Shown here piece after piece: positions 27,501 through 40,195 of a DNA stretch of 64,000 nucleotides. Source of the DNA: Phoronis australis. Taxonomy: Eukaryota > Animalia > Phoronida. Every line of letters begins with the position of its first letter. Positions within the stretch are counted from its first letter, which is position 1. Both the position numbers and the translations under genes were made by a program. The notes beneath the pieces are model-generated. The model did not search any database, had not been told where the DNA came from, and saw nothing but the letters and a program-made list of their open reading frames with translations. The stretch lies in contig NMRA01000109.1 of the NCBI GenBank assembly GCA_002633005.1, forward strand, positions 718,624 through 782,623. Reading direction: 5' to 3'.

Positions 27501-30108
27501 GTCAACATTTTCGTGGCTGAACAAACCGTGTTCTTTTAATGGACGGCACACACCGTGGACGGCTGTTGTTAAGTGCTTTTTTGATCCTGGTTCTGCAATA
27601 GTGCTTTTAAATTTTCTTTTGTGAATTGAGTAGAGTGCAGCCTACCCATTTCACATTTATCGGTCTTTGGGGCTGCTTTGCAAAATCTAACCAGCTTAAC
27701 TTAGCTTAGCTCGTTGTGAAGTCGCTTTTATCATTCAGTTGCTATCTTAAATAAACTTGCAATTGTAACAATATCTTCTTAGGCTTGTGCCTATTATCAT
27801 TTCAACCTTTTTGCCTTAATAATACCAGACAGCAACAGTTATCCAAGTTTGATGGTTTGAGTGATGTGCCTTTGCACAATTATGTCTCCATGGTTAAGCT
27901 CAGAAATTAAATAAGGTGAAATGAAACTTAAATTCCAAGAAAGCTTCTTTATCATTTTCAATTTAAAGGCATTGTGGTTTCAATTTTCTTACTGTCGTTT
28001 CTGTCAATAGAATTTAGAGTAGGGATTCATAATTCTTTCTGTTATGTTGCACATTCGTACAATAGAGAACTTGCTCAAGCCAAAATGTCTTGTTTTATAG
28101 GAAGTTAGAAAAATCTTATAAATGTCAATGCAAATGTGACATTTCTTTGTCTTTGAATCTTGCAGTTGATTTCAATGCTCTGTTTAATGTAATTATTTTG
28201 ATGCACTGAAAAACAACTTAAATGTGTGCATTAAATGTCAATATTTGACTAAGCATCATAGATTGTTAAGTTTAAACAGTATTGTCAGGTTAATGGCACA
28301 CGACAAATTAATGATATTTTTTACTTTGAAGATTGATAAAGGTTTTGGTTACTCAGTCTGTTTGTATACATGGAAGAAAAGAAGAACTTATCATGGTGCT
28401 GATCTACAAGCTGAAACACATGTTAGACTACTTAGTGGAATTCCTGTTTATACAAAGGAGATATTGGGGAAAAATCTGTTTTCTATAACGATCATACAAG
28501 GGAAATACTTATGTGCAGGCTAGATTTTTTTCTATTCTCTGGGCTGCTTCAACTGGATTGTAAATTCGTACAACACTATCATGTGATACATCTGTTAAAC
28601 AGTTCTGTTTTTATGCAGTAGCAATGTTCTCTGCAACAGGTACATGTTCTAAAGTCCATGTCCATACTGTTGGGAGTTTGTATACTTGGAATAAATGTAT
28701 TAAACAGATACAAAAAATCCAGATTGTCCTAGTTTGCCTAAGAAATAACTAATCGCCCAATACTTCAAACTAGTTGCATAGGTTTTCAGTTCATGGTAAG
28801 CCAAGTTCCTCGCCACAAAATTCTAACTCAATGCAGGTTGTTGAGAACACTGCAAGTTATCCTTCGTAGGAGTTGGAATTCATGGTGTATGCCTCTGGCC
28901 TGTGTGGTTTCAGTTTTTTCATCTGTTTAGAAGCCAGACTGAGGCTTGTCATCTGAAAGATACAACTAAAATAGTTATGTTTTGTAATTAAAGTTATATG
29001 TTCATTAGGTCACGCGATATGACCAACAGGTGGCGTGCAGAACCAGACTAAAAATGTTGATAACCTTAAGTTGCAACAAAATGCACACAGATACTGTGTG
29101 CACAACAGCTGGGGACAGCTATACTAGTATACTTATGTTTGCATTAAAGCTGCAATTAAAACTTGTACCCTCTTCACAAACTGATTAAAAGAATAATGTT
29201 TTTATTTGCATTTTCGCTTGTAGCAAAATGCAAGAATGTGAATGGCTTCAAGGGTCACTTTTTGCTGATGATTTACGCAGTTTGAGTTGCCCCAAAATGC
29301 TGGTCATGTTTCTGTTTGCCCTTTTGTTTTAACCAGACTGCTTAGTTCAAATCCTGCGGATGCGAGCACAATATAGATGTCTTTGTGTAACAGTGCGTTC
29401 AATTAGTCGTTCAATCAGTCGTAGCAGTGAGTATACCTGCTATGATTTCGTACAGAAGAAACTGCTGGCATAAATTATTCCATCATGGACAACGGGTCTA
29501 TCTGACTAAAATGCTATTGGGCAACGTGTTTGCTCAATAGAAGCAAAAGAAGACATGAGGTGCGGTCATTTTCTGGGTCGTTAATGTAATATTTCTGCCG
29601 TTGCCTACATTACTCTATAAAGACAGGGAAACCATAATAATGCTGAAAAATATTTTTTTTTAAGAAAACCAGGGATTTCTGTTTAAAGTAAAGGTAGAGA
29701 TATTAAAAACACATGCATCTCTCTTTGATACCGGAGATTTGTAAAAGCTATTATATACAATATCAGGCTTTCGCATTTCTGACTCGACGTCTGATATAGT
29801 TTGTTCATTGAGCCCTCCAAATAGTTCTATCTTGTTTCTTTGTGCTAGAACTAGATCAAGAGGTCTTATTTCTTGCATAAGTGGCTTAACTGGGAGGTAC
29901 GAAATCTATACTTGACAATGGCAAAATGTGTGCAGCTGATTGGTTTAAGGTTATATAGACTTTGTCGACTTGTCGGTGTATTTTGCCAAATATCTACAAA
30001 ATTGTAGATTTTAACACAGTAAGAGTGCATATTTTCTGAAAGAAAAAAGCCTGCAGAATTTGATTTTTGAATTTATACCAATCTGCTATTAATTTAATCA
30101 CGTGACTA

Positions 30109-31548
30109 CCGTATTTGCCCTAATAAGCGCATATGCCTCTATAAGTGCCCCCCCTCTACGCATTTTCAGACTTTGATAATATAGCCCATGAACGTGTACA
30201 TGCGGAAAATGGCATACCTATAGTTCTAAAATTCTACAGTTACGACTTCAATTTTTTCAATAAGATCCGACAGTCGTGAAAAAATGATTGTGCGCGGAAT
30301 TTGTAGACCACGAGCCTCGCCGCTCTGTCGGCATTTAGCCATAATTACACTTCAAACTTCCACCGCACTTCAAAAAGAGTGCAAAAGTTTTGCTCAGTGT
30401 TCTTGCAAGGAATGTATCCCACTATGGTCTGGCCTTTCAGAACAGACCCAGTGTAGTTGTCACCGGGATTGCATTGTATCTTTCCCGTACAGATCTTCTC
30501 CCTCAGCAGGAATCCAAATTTCTGTGTACACGTGAAAACTGCGAATCAAAGACTAAGAAAGAACTTGACCAGTGTTAAAAAGCACGTGGCCAGGAAGCGC
30601 GCGCTACATACATGTACCTGTCATTGAAGACATTTAGTCGGGAACTGTCCATTCATTAAGTGGGTAACATGGTATATTGACAAGAAGTAAATATTGGCAC
30701 TAATTTCCAAAAGTTTCTAATATCGTAAAAATCTTTTGCGTTATAGTTGAGAGAAATTATTTAATTAATTATAATTGGTGTTTTTAAAGTCAAAATGACC
30801 CACTAATAGTGAATACTTTCGCACCCTCACACCCCGAATCTCTCGGAAAATAACTGTAAGAGTGTCACGCATTCAGTCACCTGGCGACGCAATGACATTT
30901 AATAGTGGTCTTACCGAGACAATTCTCGAACGTTTTTTAGCCGATGAGACCAGCAAGTGGTAATTAAAACACGTTCTGCTTTACTGGTGGGGTTGATTTC
31001 TTGGGTTACAATTCACATATAGATCGTTACATTGCGGTTACTCTGGCAAATGAAGTCTGATGGCACACATGCGCTCACTCACTCTCACACACATGCAGAC
31101 GATCTTCAAAACAAAGGTCACATGACCACCATAAAGATTTTTCTCTTGTTGCGGGCTACGATCTAGCACAGATTTGGACTTAGTCTGCAGTTAATCCCAA
31201 CTACACAGGAACTTAAAAACCTTAGGAATGCTATTTGGTAAACTTAAGGAGGATTTCAGGTAACTTGTTGAGTCGAAACTATTTCAGCGAGTTTTTACCC
31301 TGGGATTCTGGAACAATTTTCTGAAAAATTGTCGTAATTTAACAAGGGAGTTTGATAGCAATTCACCACAATTTTGTAGAAAGTCTCTCATAGGTTACAG
31401 ATACGTCACAGAGAGTAAATTTGATGAACCCTAGCTTCCAATTTTCCCAGTTTCGGAGACCGGGTTTCAACCGCCTTAGGCTACAATAAGCAGGCCCCCC
31501 AAAAACGAATTTTTTAAGAACCCTGGGCGCTTATTAGGACAAAAACGG
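30109..31548. mobile_element. Non-autonomous Tc/mariner (Tc2/pogo-like) element, 1440 bp
   Basis: TIRs CCGTATTTGCCCTAATAAGCGC and (revcomp) CCGTTTTTGTCCTAATAAGCGC match 20/22. TA flanks the left end and TG the right. Subterminal ATAAG..CCCCCC repeats are present; no transposase ORF. Confidence 0.8.
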
Positions 31549-31703
31549 TGTCTTTTTAATAAAAGGTAGCAAAAATGAAAGGTTCGTCCTTAGCAAAACA
31601 ATGGTATCATTAAATGACACGACCAAACTTTGTTTGATATACATACTCAAGGTGAAATCCCAAAAACACTGTTATAGTTTTATACACTATTCGTTGTTTC
31701 CCA

Positions 31704-33208
31704 TTTTATGCGCCCACATATTTATATGTGGACGCATTATGCCGTCATCTCCGTCCGTCCGGGCGGCGTCCGTCCGGCGTCCGCTGCTTTATCTCCAAAA
31801 CCCTTTGACATACGTTCATGAAATTTGGCACATATGTTCCATTTATGAATGGGACAGCATGTGCGAACTTTCGGACGGATTCGACTACCGGTGTGCCCCC
31901 TAGTGGCAATTTTAGTTTTTTACGCTTACCTTTGTATCTTCAAAAGTCCTGAATGGATTTTCATGAAATTTGGTATGTAGGCATCTATTAGTGAGATGAC
32001 GCTATCCTCCCATTTTCAGATGGATTTGACATAGTTTGCGCCACCTAGTGGCAATTTTTACTGTTTTCAAGTCTGTATTTTTGCGTCCACCCCTCTATCA
32101 ACCAAACCGCTCAAAGGATGATTGTGAAAATTGGCATGTATGTGCTTACTATAAACAGGACAGCTGACAATGATTTTCAGACGATTTGGACTACTGTGGC
32201 ACCTCCTAGTGGCGGTTTTGTTTTTTTTTTTGCGCCTATGGCTTTATCTCCTAAACCGTTCGCAGGATCTTTACGAAATTTAATAAGTGTATTTATATGA
32301 TGTTAACAACAGTCGATGACTTCTTTTGGACGGATCCGCCTACCAGTGTGCCCCCTAGTGGCAATTTTATTTTTTACGTTTACCTCTGTATCTTCACAAG
32401 TCCTTAACGGATTTTCATGAAATTTGGTATGTAGGCACCTATTAGTGCGATGACGCTATCCTCCCGTTTTCGGATGGATTCGACCTAGTTTGCGACACCC
32501 AGTGGCCATTTTTACTGTTTTTGAGTCTGTTTTTTGGCGTCCACCCCTCTATCAACCAAACCGCTCTAAGTATGATTGTGAAAATTGGCATGTATGTTTT
32601 TACTATGAAGAGGACGGTTGACGCTGAATTTCCCTTGACTTTGATTACTGTGGCGCCTCCTAGTGGCAGTTTTTTTTGCGCCCATGGCTGTATCTCCCAA
32701 ACCGTTTGCAGGATCTTAACTAAATTTAGCAAGTGTATTTATGTGATGTTGACAACGGACGATGACGACTTTAGGATGATTCTGACTACCGGTATGCCTC
32801 TAGTGGTAATTTTAGTATTTTACATTGACCTCTGTATTTTCATAGGTCTTCAGGTGTATACTTTGTGTTACTTCGTGACTATGAACGAAAAGTTCCAAGT
32901 AGAAATTTGTTTCTGGCATTCTAATGCTGTGCTAATCTCGGTGTGTTGGTAAATTTGTTTTTAATTCTATGTTTCTGTGGTGCTTTAAGCCACTGATTTA
33001 TAGGATGTGCTTGTATTATGAAGATCACTCACATTTTTCCCCTAGCCTATTGAGGAGACAATGACCATGCCCTTCCATTTTGCAAAGTACAACATACTAC
33101 ATATATGCCCTCTACTGGCCACTTTATGGTACCAATAAACAACCCTAGAAGGATACCGTATACGGTGCAATTGTGGGCGCATTTCAACGCTCTGCGTTGC
33201 TCTTGTTT
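31704..33208 (+). mobile_element. Helentron-associated non-autonomous element (HINE/DINE-1/pearl-like) with internal tandem array
   Basis: T-run, then 5' subTIR ATGCGCCCAC (31708) with nearby inverted copy GTGGACGCAT (31728) and a (GTCC)n seed. A ~455-bp tandem unit x~2.3 follows, then 3' subTIR GTGGGCGCAT (33173), hairpin CAACGC-TCT-GCGTTG and a T-run. Confidence 0.85.
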
Positions 33209-35264
33209 TAATAAAAATCATACAAGTCCTATTTTTGATAGCCTCAAATGCAAAAGTGGAAAACTTCAAAAACAATCCATAATAGTGTTTTAGTGCATGA
33301 AGCTTGATATCTGAAAGTTTGGTTGGAATCTGATGACCCATTTTTGAGCTACGAGGTACTGATGTTTTAAGATTTGGCCATCTTTCGAGGGTACTACAAA
33401 ACTGTAAAACTCTTGAAATGATTATTGTTATCTCCTTATTTTAAGTCAGGTGTGATTTTCTAAAAATACGTTTACCTCATAGCATATTTGAGTGGTGATA
33501 TGCCAAGCATTTTGCCAATGTCTGAGTGGATTTTACTCCGCTGTATTGTAAGGAATCTTGAAAGTGGGCCAAATGATTGAAATAACTTGCATTATTCTAA
33601 ATTTGAATTGTCACCTCAGGCGTAGGTGGTGCTCTCCACTGAACTAACAGTCGAAAAGATTAATTGGCACACTTGAAGACGTCTGAGTGTTTTTCTCTTG
33701 TACTGGACATCTGTAATTTGTCCTAATGTCTGGGTCTACAAACTGCACTGGAATATAGTTGTCCTACGCTTTTGTTGATGGATAGACACTAATTTCAGTG
33801 TGAACCTTGTTACAAGAGCTGTCAAGGACTAGATGTTTCCTCTTAATTTCTGTTTCAGTTCATCACCCTGAGGTGGTTTTGCTTTCCTTAATTTTAGGAA
33901 TTGAGAATGTCTGATCAAACCATTGGTTCTTGTGGATGAAGTGTCCCTTAACGGTTTTACAAAACTGTGTTTCAAATATGGAAAACTAACCAGTTCATCG
34001 CAATGTCATGTCACGCTAACGTGCCTATTTTGCCTTTTATTGCAGTACAGTACCATTAATAACAGAAGGACTTCAATATACAGGGGAGGTTTCAAGAACA
34101 CCTATTACCCTTAACGTTATTTAGGACCCTAGAACAATGCCCACATTCAACTAACTTCTTAACATAACTGAAAAGTCTCAAACTTTCAGACATCATGCTT
34201 AACAAAATTTATTAAAAAGACATACGTAGTCACGTGACCCAGTTATTGGCAGGGTTTGTTTTTGTAAGGAATCTTTCAGTAATTTTTTAAGCTATTAGAT
34301 ACTGTCTAGCCATGTATAATGATTGCTTAGTTAAAACATTAAGATACCTCAACTTTTGTGTGTTTTCTCAAGTTGGCCCTGTATGTGCCTTTAATGTGTA
34401 GTAGTTCCACACTTGCTGCAGATTAAGTTGTTGGTTACACAAATTCTGTGGCAATTTCTCATCTCCTGTGGTGTAAATTGCCGGAGTCATTTAACACCAG
34501 GTGTTTCTGAATAATAAGTTGCAAAGAAAAGTGCTACTAATAAATAATGTTCTCAGCAAATTCAAAGGCCCCAAGTGCCCAGAGGTTATACAAACAGTTA
34601 AAAAGGATTTATAAGGCTGTTATCCCTGCATGGTGTCCTGTGGCCAGACGCTATAATTGAGCAAAAAATTCCATGATAGTTGTGAAATTGTTGAGAGTTG
34701 TCATGTGGTGCAATTATTCCCTCCATAAGGATAGACCTTGACATCAATTGTCTGTTGTGTTAGAGCAGTTGTCAAGAAGGTTTCTAGATCACTAATACAC
34801 CCGTTCACAAACCTCACAAACCGTTGGCCGAATGTTATTGCTAGCATTGTCACTATTAGCAAAAATGCCTGTAATCTGAATGGTTGAATTAGTGTCACTT
34901 TTGCTCATGCTTTAAGTTACTCCTGTACTTCTAGCGTTTTTGCCACTAAAAACTGTTAAGGTTTTCACCACTTGTGTGAATCTGGTGCATGACATTCATT
35001 AGGTGGTCCAAGCAAACTGGTATGCAATCTGCTAACAGAGTGAACTTGGACCAGTTACCTCCCTACATGTATTCAATCATGGTGTAGCACCATGTTTGAA
35101 CATATCTGCAGCATGTTTGGAAAGCTCTTAGTCATGTTTAAATTCTTGAGCCATATTTGACAACCCTGATTTTTTACTGCTTTACAAGAAAAGGTTGAAA
35201 TAGTGCATCATTGCAATACTCCTCTTTTATTCCTTTGGTGCTAAAATAACAGTAACATGCCCAC

Positions 35265-36828
35265 CAGGGACTCATCTAGCGGCCGTTTTTTAAAAGGACG
35301 GCCCTTTTAAAAAAATGACGGCTTTGGACGGCAGAGCCAAGACGGAAAAAAGACGGCCTGTTCCAAAACAACCTCAGCGAAAATGAAGGCTAAACGAAGA
35401 ATTTTAACATTTGTTATTAATAAATTTTATTGAAACCTACAATTCATTGTTTAAGTTCGCTAAATATTAAGAAACAACTCGACTTTAAAAACTTTTGCCA
35501 TCTATTTTTTACTATAAATGTCGCAATGACGATCGGCAAATACTGGCAGCCATCTTTGGGGAATACCTTCCTGTTCAAGGTGACTTCATACGGAATCCCC
35601 CGCACGACTAGTGTCGAGAAATATTGCATCCAGTGCTAACTACCCGTACATGGACACTTAATCTTTGAAATTGAAGAACCCACACCCGAAGTTCAAAGGA
35701 TTTGCCGAAACCTTAATGCTAGTTGCCGACGCGGAGGTTGAAGCGGCACTCGATGTATTCGACGGAGCAGCCAATTTGAAATAGCTGAGAACGTACACTT
35801 CAAAAAAAATGATACCCGCCAAAATTCAAGCACTGACCTGCCGTACAAATGGCAGTCAATGTCGTTGAACGTGTAAACCAGAAAAAACTTAGCGCAAACT
35901 TCCTTAATTTGTTCGCATAGCTCCGTTGCAACTCAAACGAATGAATGAAAAAATATCAAAAAAAATCCGCACGGCCGAACGACTTATATTGATGAACGAG
36001 AATGCAGTGCAAACTTTACAAGAAAAAAATGTGGTGTGTAATGTTGGTTACATATTCAATGACTAACTTAGCATGAAAGTAAATGCCTCGAAATTGTTCA
36101 ACTTTTTGTGGAATTCCATGATTATTGGGCGATTCGATTTAAACCTCTGAGTGTGGCACTGCGTGCCGTATATGGAAAAAAAGTAGGTCAGCCAGTCACG
36201 TGCACAGCACCTGTTACTTCGACCGTGAACTGAGTTGTGAGTTTGTTGAGGATATGGTCTTGTTGTTGTAGACTCGTGAATTGCAGTACTGTGCGATGTA
36301 ATGAAACGTAGACATGTACTCTAGGATGTATTTCTTCATGTCCTTTCGAATGGAACTTCATTGTCTTCTCATAATTTTAAATGGTTTCTCAACTGCATTA
36401 AAGTACTGGGTAGTGCACTTCTCTTTTGAAAGCTTCAAGATAAATTGAGTCCTGTACTCATACTGTGGATTATCTGTCTAACATACAACTCTAAACAGAT
36501 TATCTTACTAAAAAGATTTACAGATCTTAATTTTTGCAGTCTAGTGACAATATACACACATCCTGAATGGAACAAACCTCCTAATTTTTGTTTCGTTTCT
36601 CCTATGTGCCGTCCTTTGAACAAGAAAAAGACATGCAAACAGTGTGCTAAATAAAATGCAAGGAAATGACCTTTTTTATGTAACAATTTTTCCCTCAGCG
36701 GGTGGGGGAATCCCCCTCCCCAAACCTTCCCCCCCCCATCAGCGCTGCGCGCCTCAGATTTGCGCTTTGCACGACTTGTCAGTCTCACGAATTTGGACCC
36801 CCAATTTTCAAATCCTAGATGAATCCTG
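35265..36828. mobile_element. Non-autonomous hAT-type element, 1564 bp
   Basis: Termini CAGGGACTCATCTAG and (revcomp) CAGGATTCATCTAG. Flanks ATGCCCAC (35257-35264) and ATGCCCAT (36829-36836) form a 7/8 TSD. GACGG subterminal repeats occur on the left. Confidence 0.8.
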
Positions 36829-37866
36829 ATGCCCATCATGTGAAAACAATGCGTAACTAAAGGTTGCTCCTGCGAAGTAGGAAAAAGGAAACAAAAACAT
36901 GACGTGCAATTTGCACCACGTTTGATTTTTTGCTTCGAGAGAAGCCTGTTGGACTGACATGTCCTGACAGTTTGGTTAACAAAATAGCTGCTGAGTAGCG
37001 TAAGTATAATTAGCTGGTGTCAGTCTCTGACCTGGTAATTGGCTTTCAAAAAGAAAGTGTAATTTGTCCTGCTATTTATTGATATGTCTGTGAAGTGTCC
37101 TAGCTCTCTGGCCCTCCTCTCATTAGTCTGCATGGTCCAGCTTGGCTAGTAGTCATATCCATCTTCAAAATTCAAAAAAAGTTGAATAATGGTAGTCTCT
37201 CCTGCTTTTTCCAAGGTGATTCACTTGAGTGAAACTGTCAGCAATAGCCTGGGGTTATNAAATGACCTTTTTTATGTAACAATTTTTTCCTCAGCAGGTG
37301 GGGGAATCCCCCCTCCCCAAACCTTCCCCCCCCCCCATCAGCGCTGCGCGCCTCAGATTTGCGCTTTGCACGACTTGTCAGTCTCACGAATTTGGACCCC
37401 CAATTTTCAAATCCTAGATAAATCCTGATGCCCATCATGTGAAAACAATGCGTAACTAAAGGTTGCTCCTGCGAATTAGGAAAAAGGAAGATTAGGATGC
37501 AAAAACATGACGTGCAATTTGCACCACGTTTGATTTTTTGCTTCGAGAGAAGCCTGTTGGACTGACATGTCCTGACAGTTTGGTTAACAAAATAGCTGCT
37601 GAGTAGCGTAAGTATAATTAGCTGGTGTCAGTCTCTGACCTGGTAATTGGCTTTCAAAAAGAAAGTGTAATTTGTCCTGCTATTTATTGATATGTCTGTG
37701 AAGTGTCCTAGCTCTCTGGCCCTCCTCTCATTAGTCTGCATGGTCCAGCTTGGCTAGTAGTCATATCCATCTTCAAAATTCAAAAAAAGTTGAATAATGG
37801 TAGTCTCTCCTGCTTTTTCCAAGGTGATTCACTTGAGTGAAACTGTCAGCAATAGCCTGGGGTTAT
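36664..37866. repeat. ~600-bp direct duplication separated by an N; probable haplotype assembly artefact
   Basis: 36664-37258 and 37260-37866 are near-identical with a few SNPs and small indels. The junction is exactly the N at 37259. Confidence 0.9.
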
Positions 37867-38210
37867 CAAAGCATATAAGTTTAACCATAAATGAAGCTTC
37901 TGTTTCACCCTTCAATTTTGTTTGACAGACATGTGAGAATTGATTGAAGCATTTAATTTGTTTGCCCTTACATGGGTGTTATGTGAACTTCGGGTGATGT
38001 GAACTTCAGGTGATCATAAACATTTGTCCCACAGAACGTTTGCCATTTTGTGTTCTTTCTACCATATTAAAAACATTTTGTCTTCTGCCTATATTCGCCT
38101 CATTGTACAGAAAACAATGTAACTGCATTACAACCTTCAAAATATGCATGTTATAAGGATAGTTTGCAGTCACTATGGTACTCTGGCATGTGTTACCGTA
38201 GGTAATATCA

Positions 38211-38488
38211 GGGCTCGTTTCATGAAAGTGACTTACTGTAAGACTTAAGCCAAAAATTTGATCTTATGCTCCCATTTCACAATTGCTGAAAAAGAGGTTT
38301 AGACAAGTAATTGGGAGCGCATCATAGTCTAGAAATTATCTTACTAACTAGCTGAGTTCAACCGTGTGTTCTTAGGGACTTCGCATTTTTGTTCAAGTGT
38401 GATTTAATAATTTTTCTGAAATAGTTTTGTAGAGTGTAAGGACATCTTTCTGACTTAAATCTTAAGTCACATTTCATGAAACAGAATC
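38211..38488. mobile_element. Degenerate MITE with ~30-bp inverted ends (PIF/Harbinger-like)
   Basis: Left GTTTCATGAAAGTGACTTA matches the revcomp of right TAAGTCACATTTCATGAAAC. TSD is unclear. Confidence 0.55.
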
Positions 38489-38875
38489 TTGGACTTGCAC
38501 ATTATATTGCAGTTATGGTTAAACATGGCACATTGCAATGGATTCCCACTGTTGCAGGCCAGACGGCCATAATATGAACCAGAAATTTTAGTACAGTTAC
38601 AAAGAAATGAAGTTTGAATGGTGGCATGTATTTGAACATGGTTTAGAAACGCTTTACGTTCTGCTGAGAAAGTAATTGTTGAGATCTCAAAGGCAATACA
38701 GTGGGGATAAATCTGCAGCAAACCTGATTTATCTCCACTCCCCAACATAACATTAACAGTATATGCCCCTAATAGGTCATCACCTAATGATCTCCTTATG
38801 TCCAATTCCTCAGGCCAAAGGTATAAACTATTGCCCAATATATTATCAGTGAGTGTCATTACTGACTGTCTGTGA

Positions 38876-39031
38876 CAGTGCTGTAGTGGAGCTTAGGCAC
38901 ACGTAGGTGCAGCCAGTCACCTTTTGGCATTTGAACGTAGTGCCTACGCACCGTAAGTTACGTTCAGTGTTCAAGGTGATCCAGTGGGCTTTGGGCGCCT
39001 ACTTACCTCTAATTTTACCACCGCAGCACTG
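38876..39031. mobile_element. 156-bp hAT-type MITE
   Basis: TIR CAGTGCTGTAGTGG vs revcomp CAGTGCTGCGGTGG. Perfect 8-bp TSD GTCTGTGA at 38868-38875 and 39032-39039. Confidence 0.9.
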
Positions 39032-39968
39032 GTCTGTGATTGGTTGATAATTGAACAGGACAATCACTACAGAATGAAGTTTTATTCAAAATCGCCTAGT
39101 AGGATGTCTTTTTTGTAATATGAAAGGGTTTTCATTTATGTTACCTATGTGGGGTGTTAAAATTCCAGGTATTTGCTTGAGATTATGATGATGTATGCAT
39201 GATATATGGCTCACAGGTGCCAGTAGCTTGCCAGTAGAATTATCCTTCTTTAGAACCAAGCTATGTAAAACTTATCAATGCTTGTAAAAAATTTCTTTGA
39301 GTGTTTGTGTTATTAAAGCTTGTGATTAGCGTCACATTTTTTAATAACATGCAACAAACATCAAATGTAGCAGGGGGGGGAACAGGTTAATGTGTTTTTA
39401 GAATTTTTCTTACATGGTGAAGGGCACTCTCTGTTAAATAGTAGCCAGAGACATCCAAATATGTTGGATTATTTATAGAATGCAAACTTTGTTTGCACTG
39501 AAATACCCAACCCTTCTTTAAGTGGCCTCAACTTGCCATGGGCATTTTTGTGGCATGTGAAATTAGCAAAACTATGGGTTTCAAGAAGGACAGACTCCTT
39601 TCATTCGCTGCTGTATGTCGCTATCTGTTATGTTCTGTATACCATATCGTAGTTCTGGCAACAACTGTGGCCTGAGACTAAGTCAATGAGGCAAAGTATC
39701 TGACTTTTTCCCTCAATAAAACCATGGAAATCTCACTTCTGCGTTCAAATTGATTTTCCGAATTCAAGACTCAGAAACAAGAGCTAAAAATTAAAACTGT
39801 AACTTTGAGCTCCACTTTCTGACGTCACATTTTGTAACTATAGTCTCATACAGTGCTTTCTTTGAAAAATGATCGTTTTAGTTTACGTTTCGGGGTGAGC
39901 CTGAAACCCATTGTTTTTTTTTGAGATTGCAAGTTAGCTTTCCTAATTACACATCATAGGCTTTCCTT

Positions 39969-40195
39969 ATTACGCATCATAATACCTTGGGCCTGATAAA
40001 GTACCGATTAATTCAACAGGAACATTCATGGGTGTTTCTAAACATTACGCATCATAATACCTTGGGCCTGATAAAGTACAGATTAATTCAACAGGAACAT
40101 TCATGGGTGTTTCTAAACATTACACATCATAATACCTTGGGCCTGATAAAGTACAGATTAATTCAACAGGAACATTCATGGGTGTTTCTAAACAT
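39969..40195. repeat. Minisatellite, 75-bp unit x3
   Basis: ATTACGCATCATAATACCTTGG...TTTCTAAAC recurs at 39969, 40044 and 40119 with single substitutions. Confidence 0.97.

Noticed and set aside
31601-32952. ORFs of 60-143 aa with similar peptides, also at 44846-45136
   Set aside because: They are translations of the tandem subunits of the Helentron-type element, with no Rep/helicase motifs.
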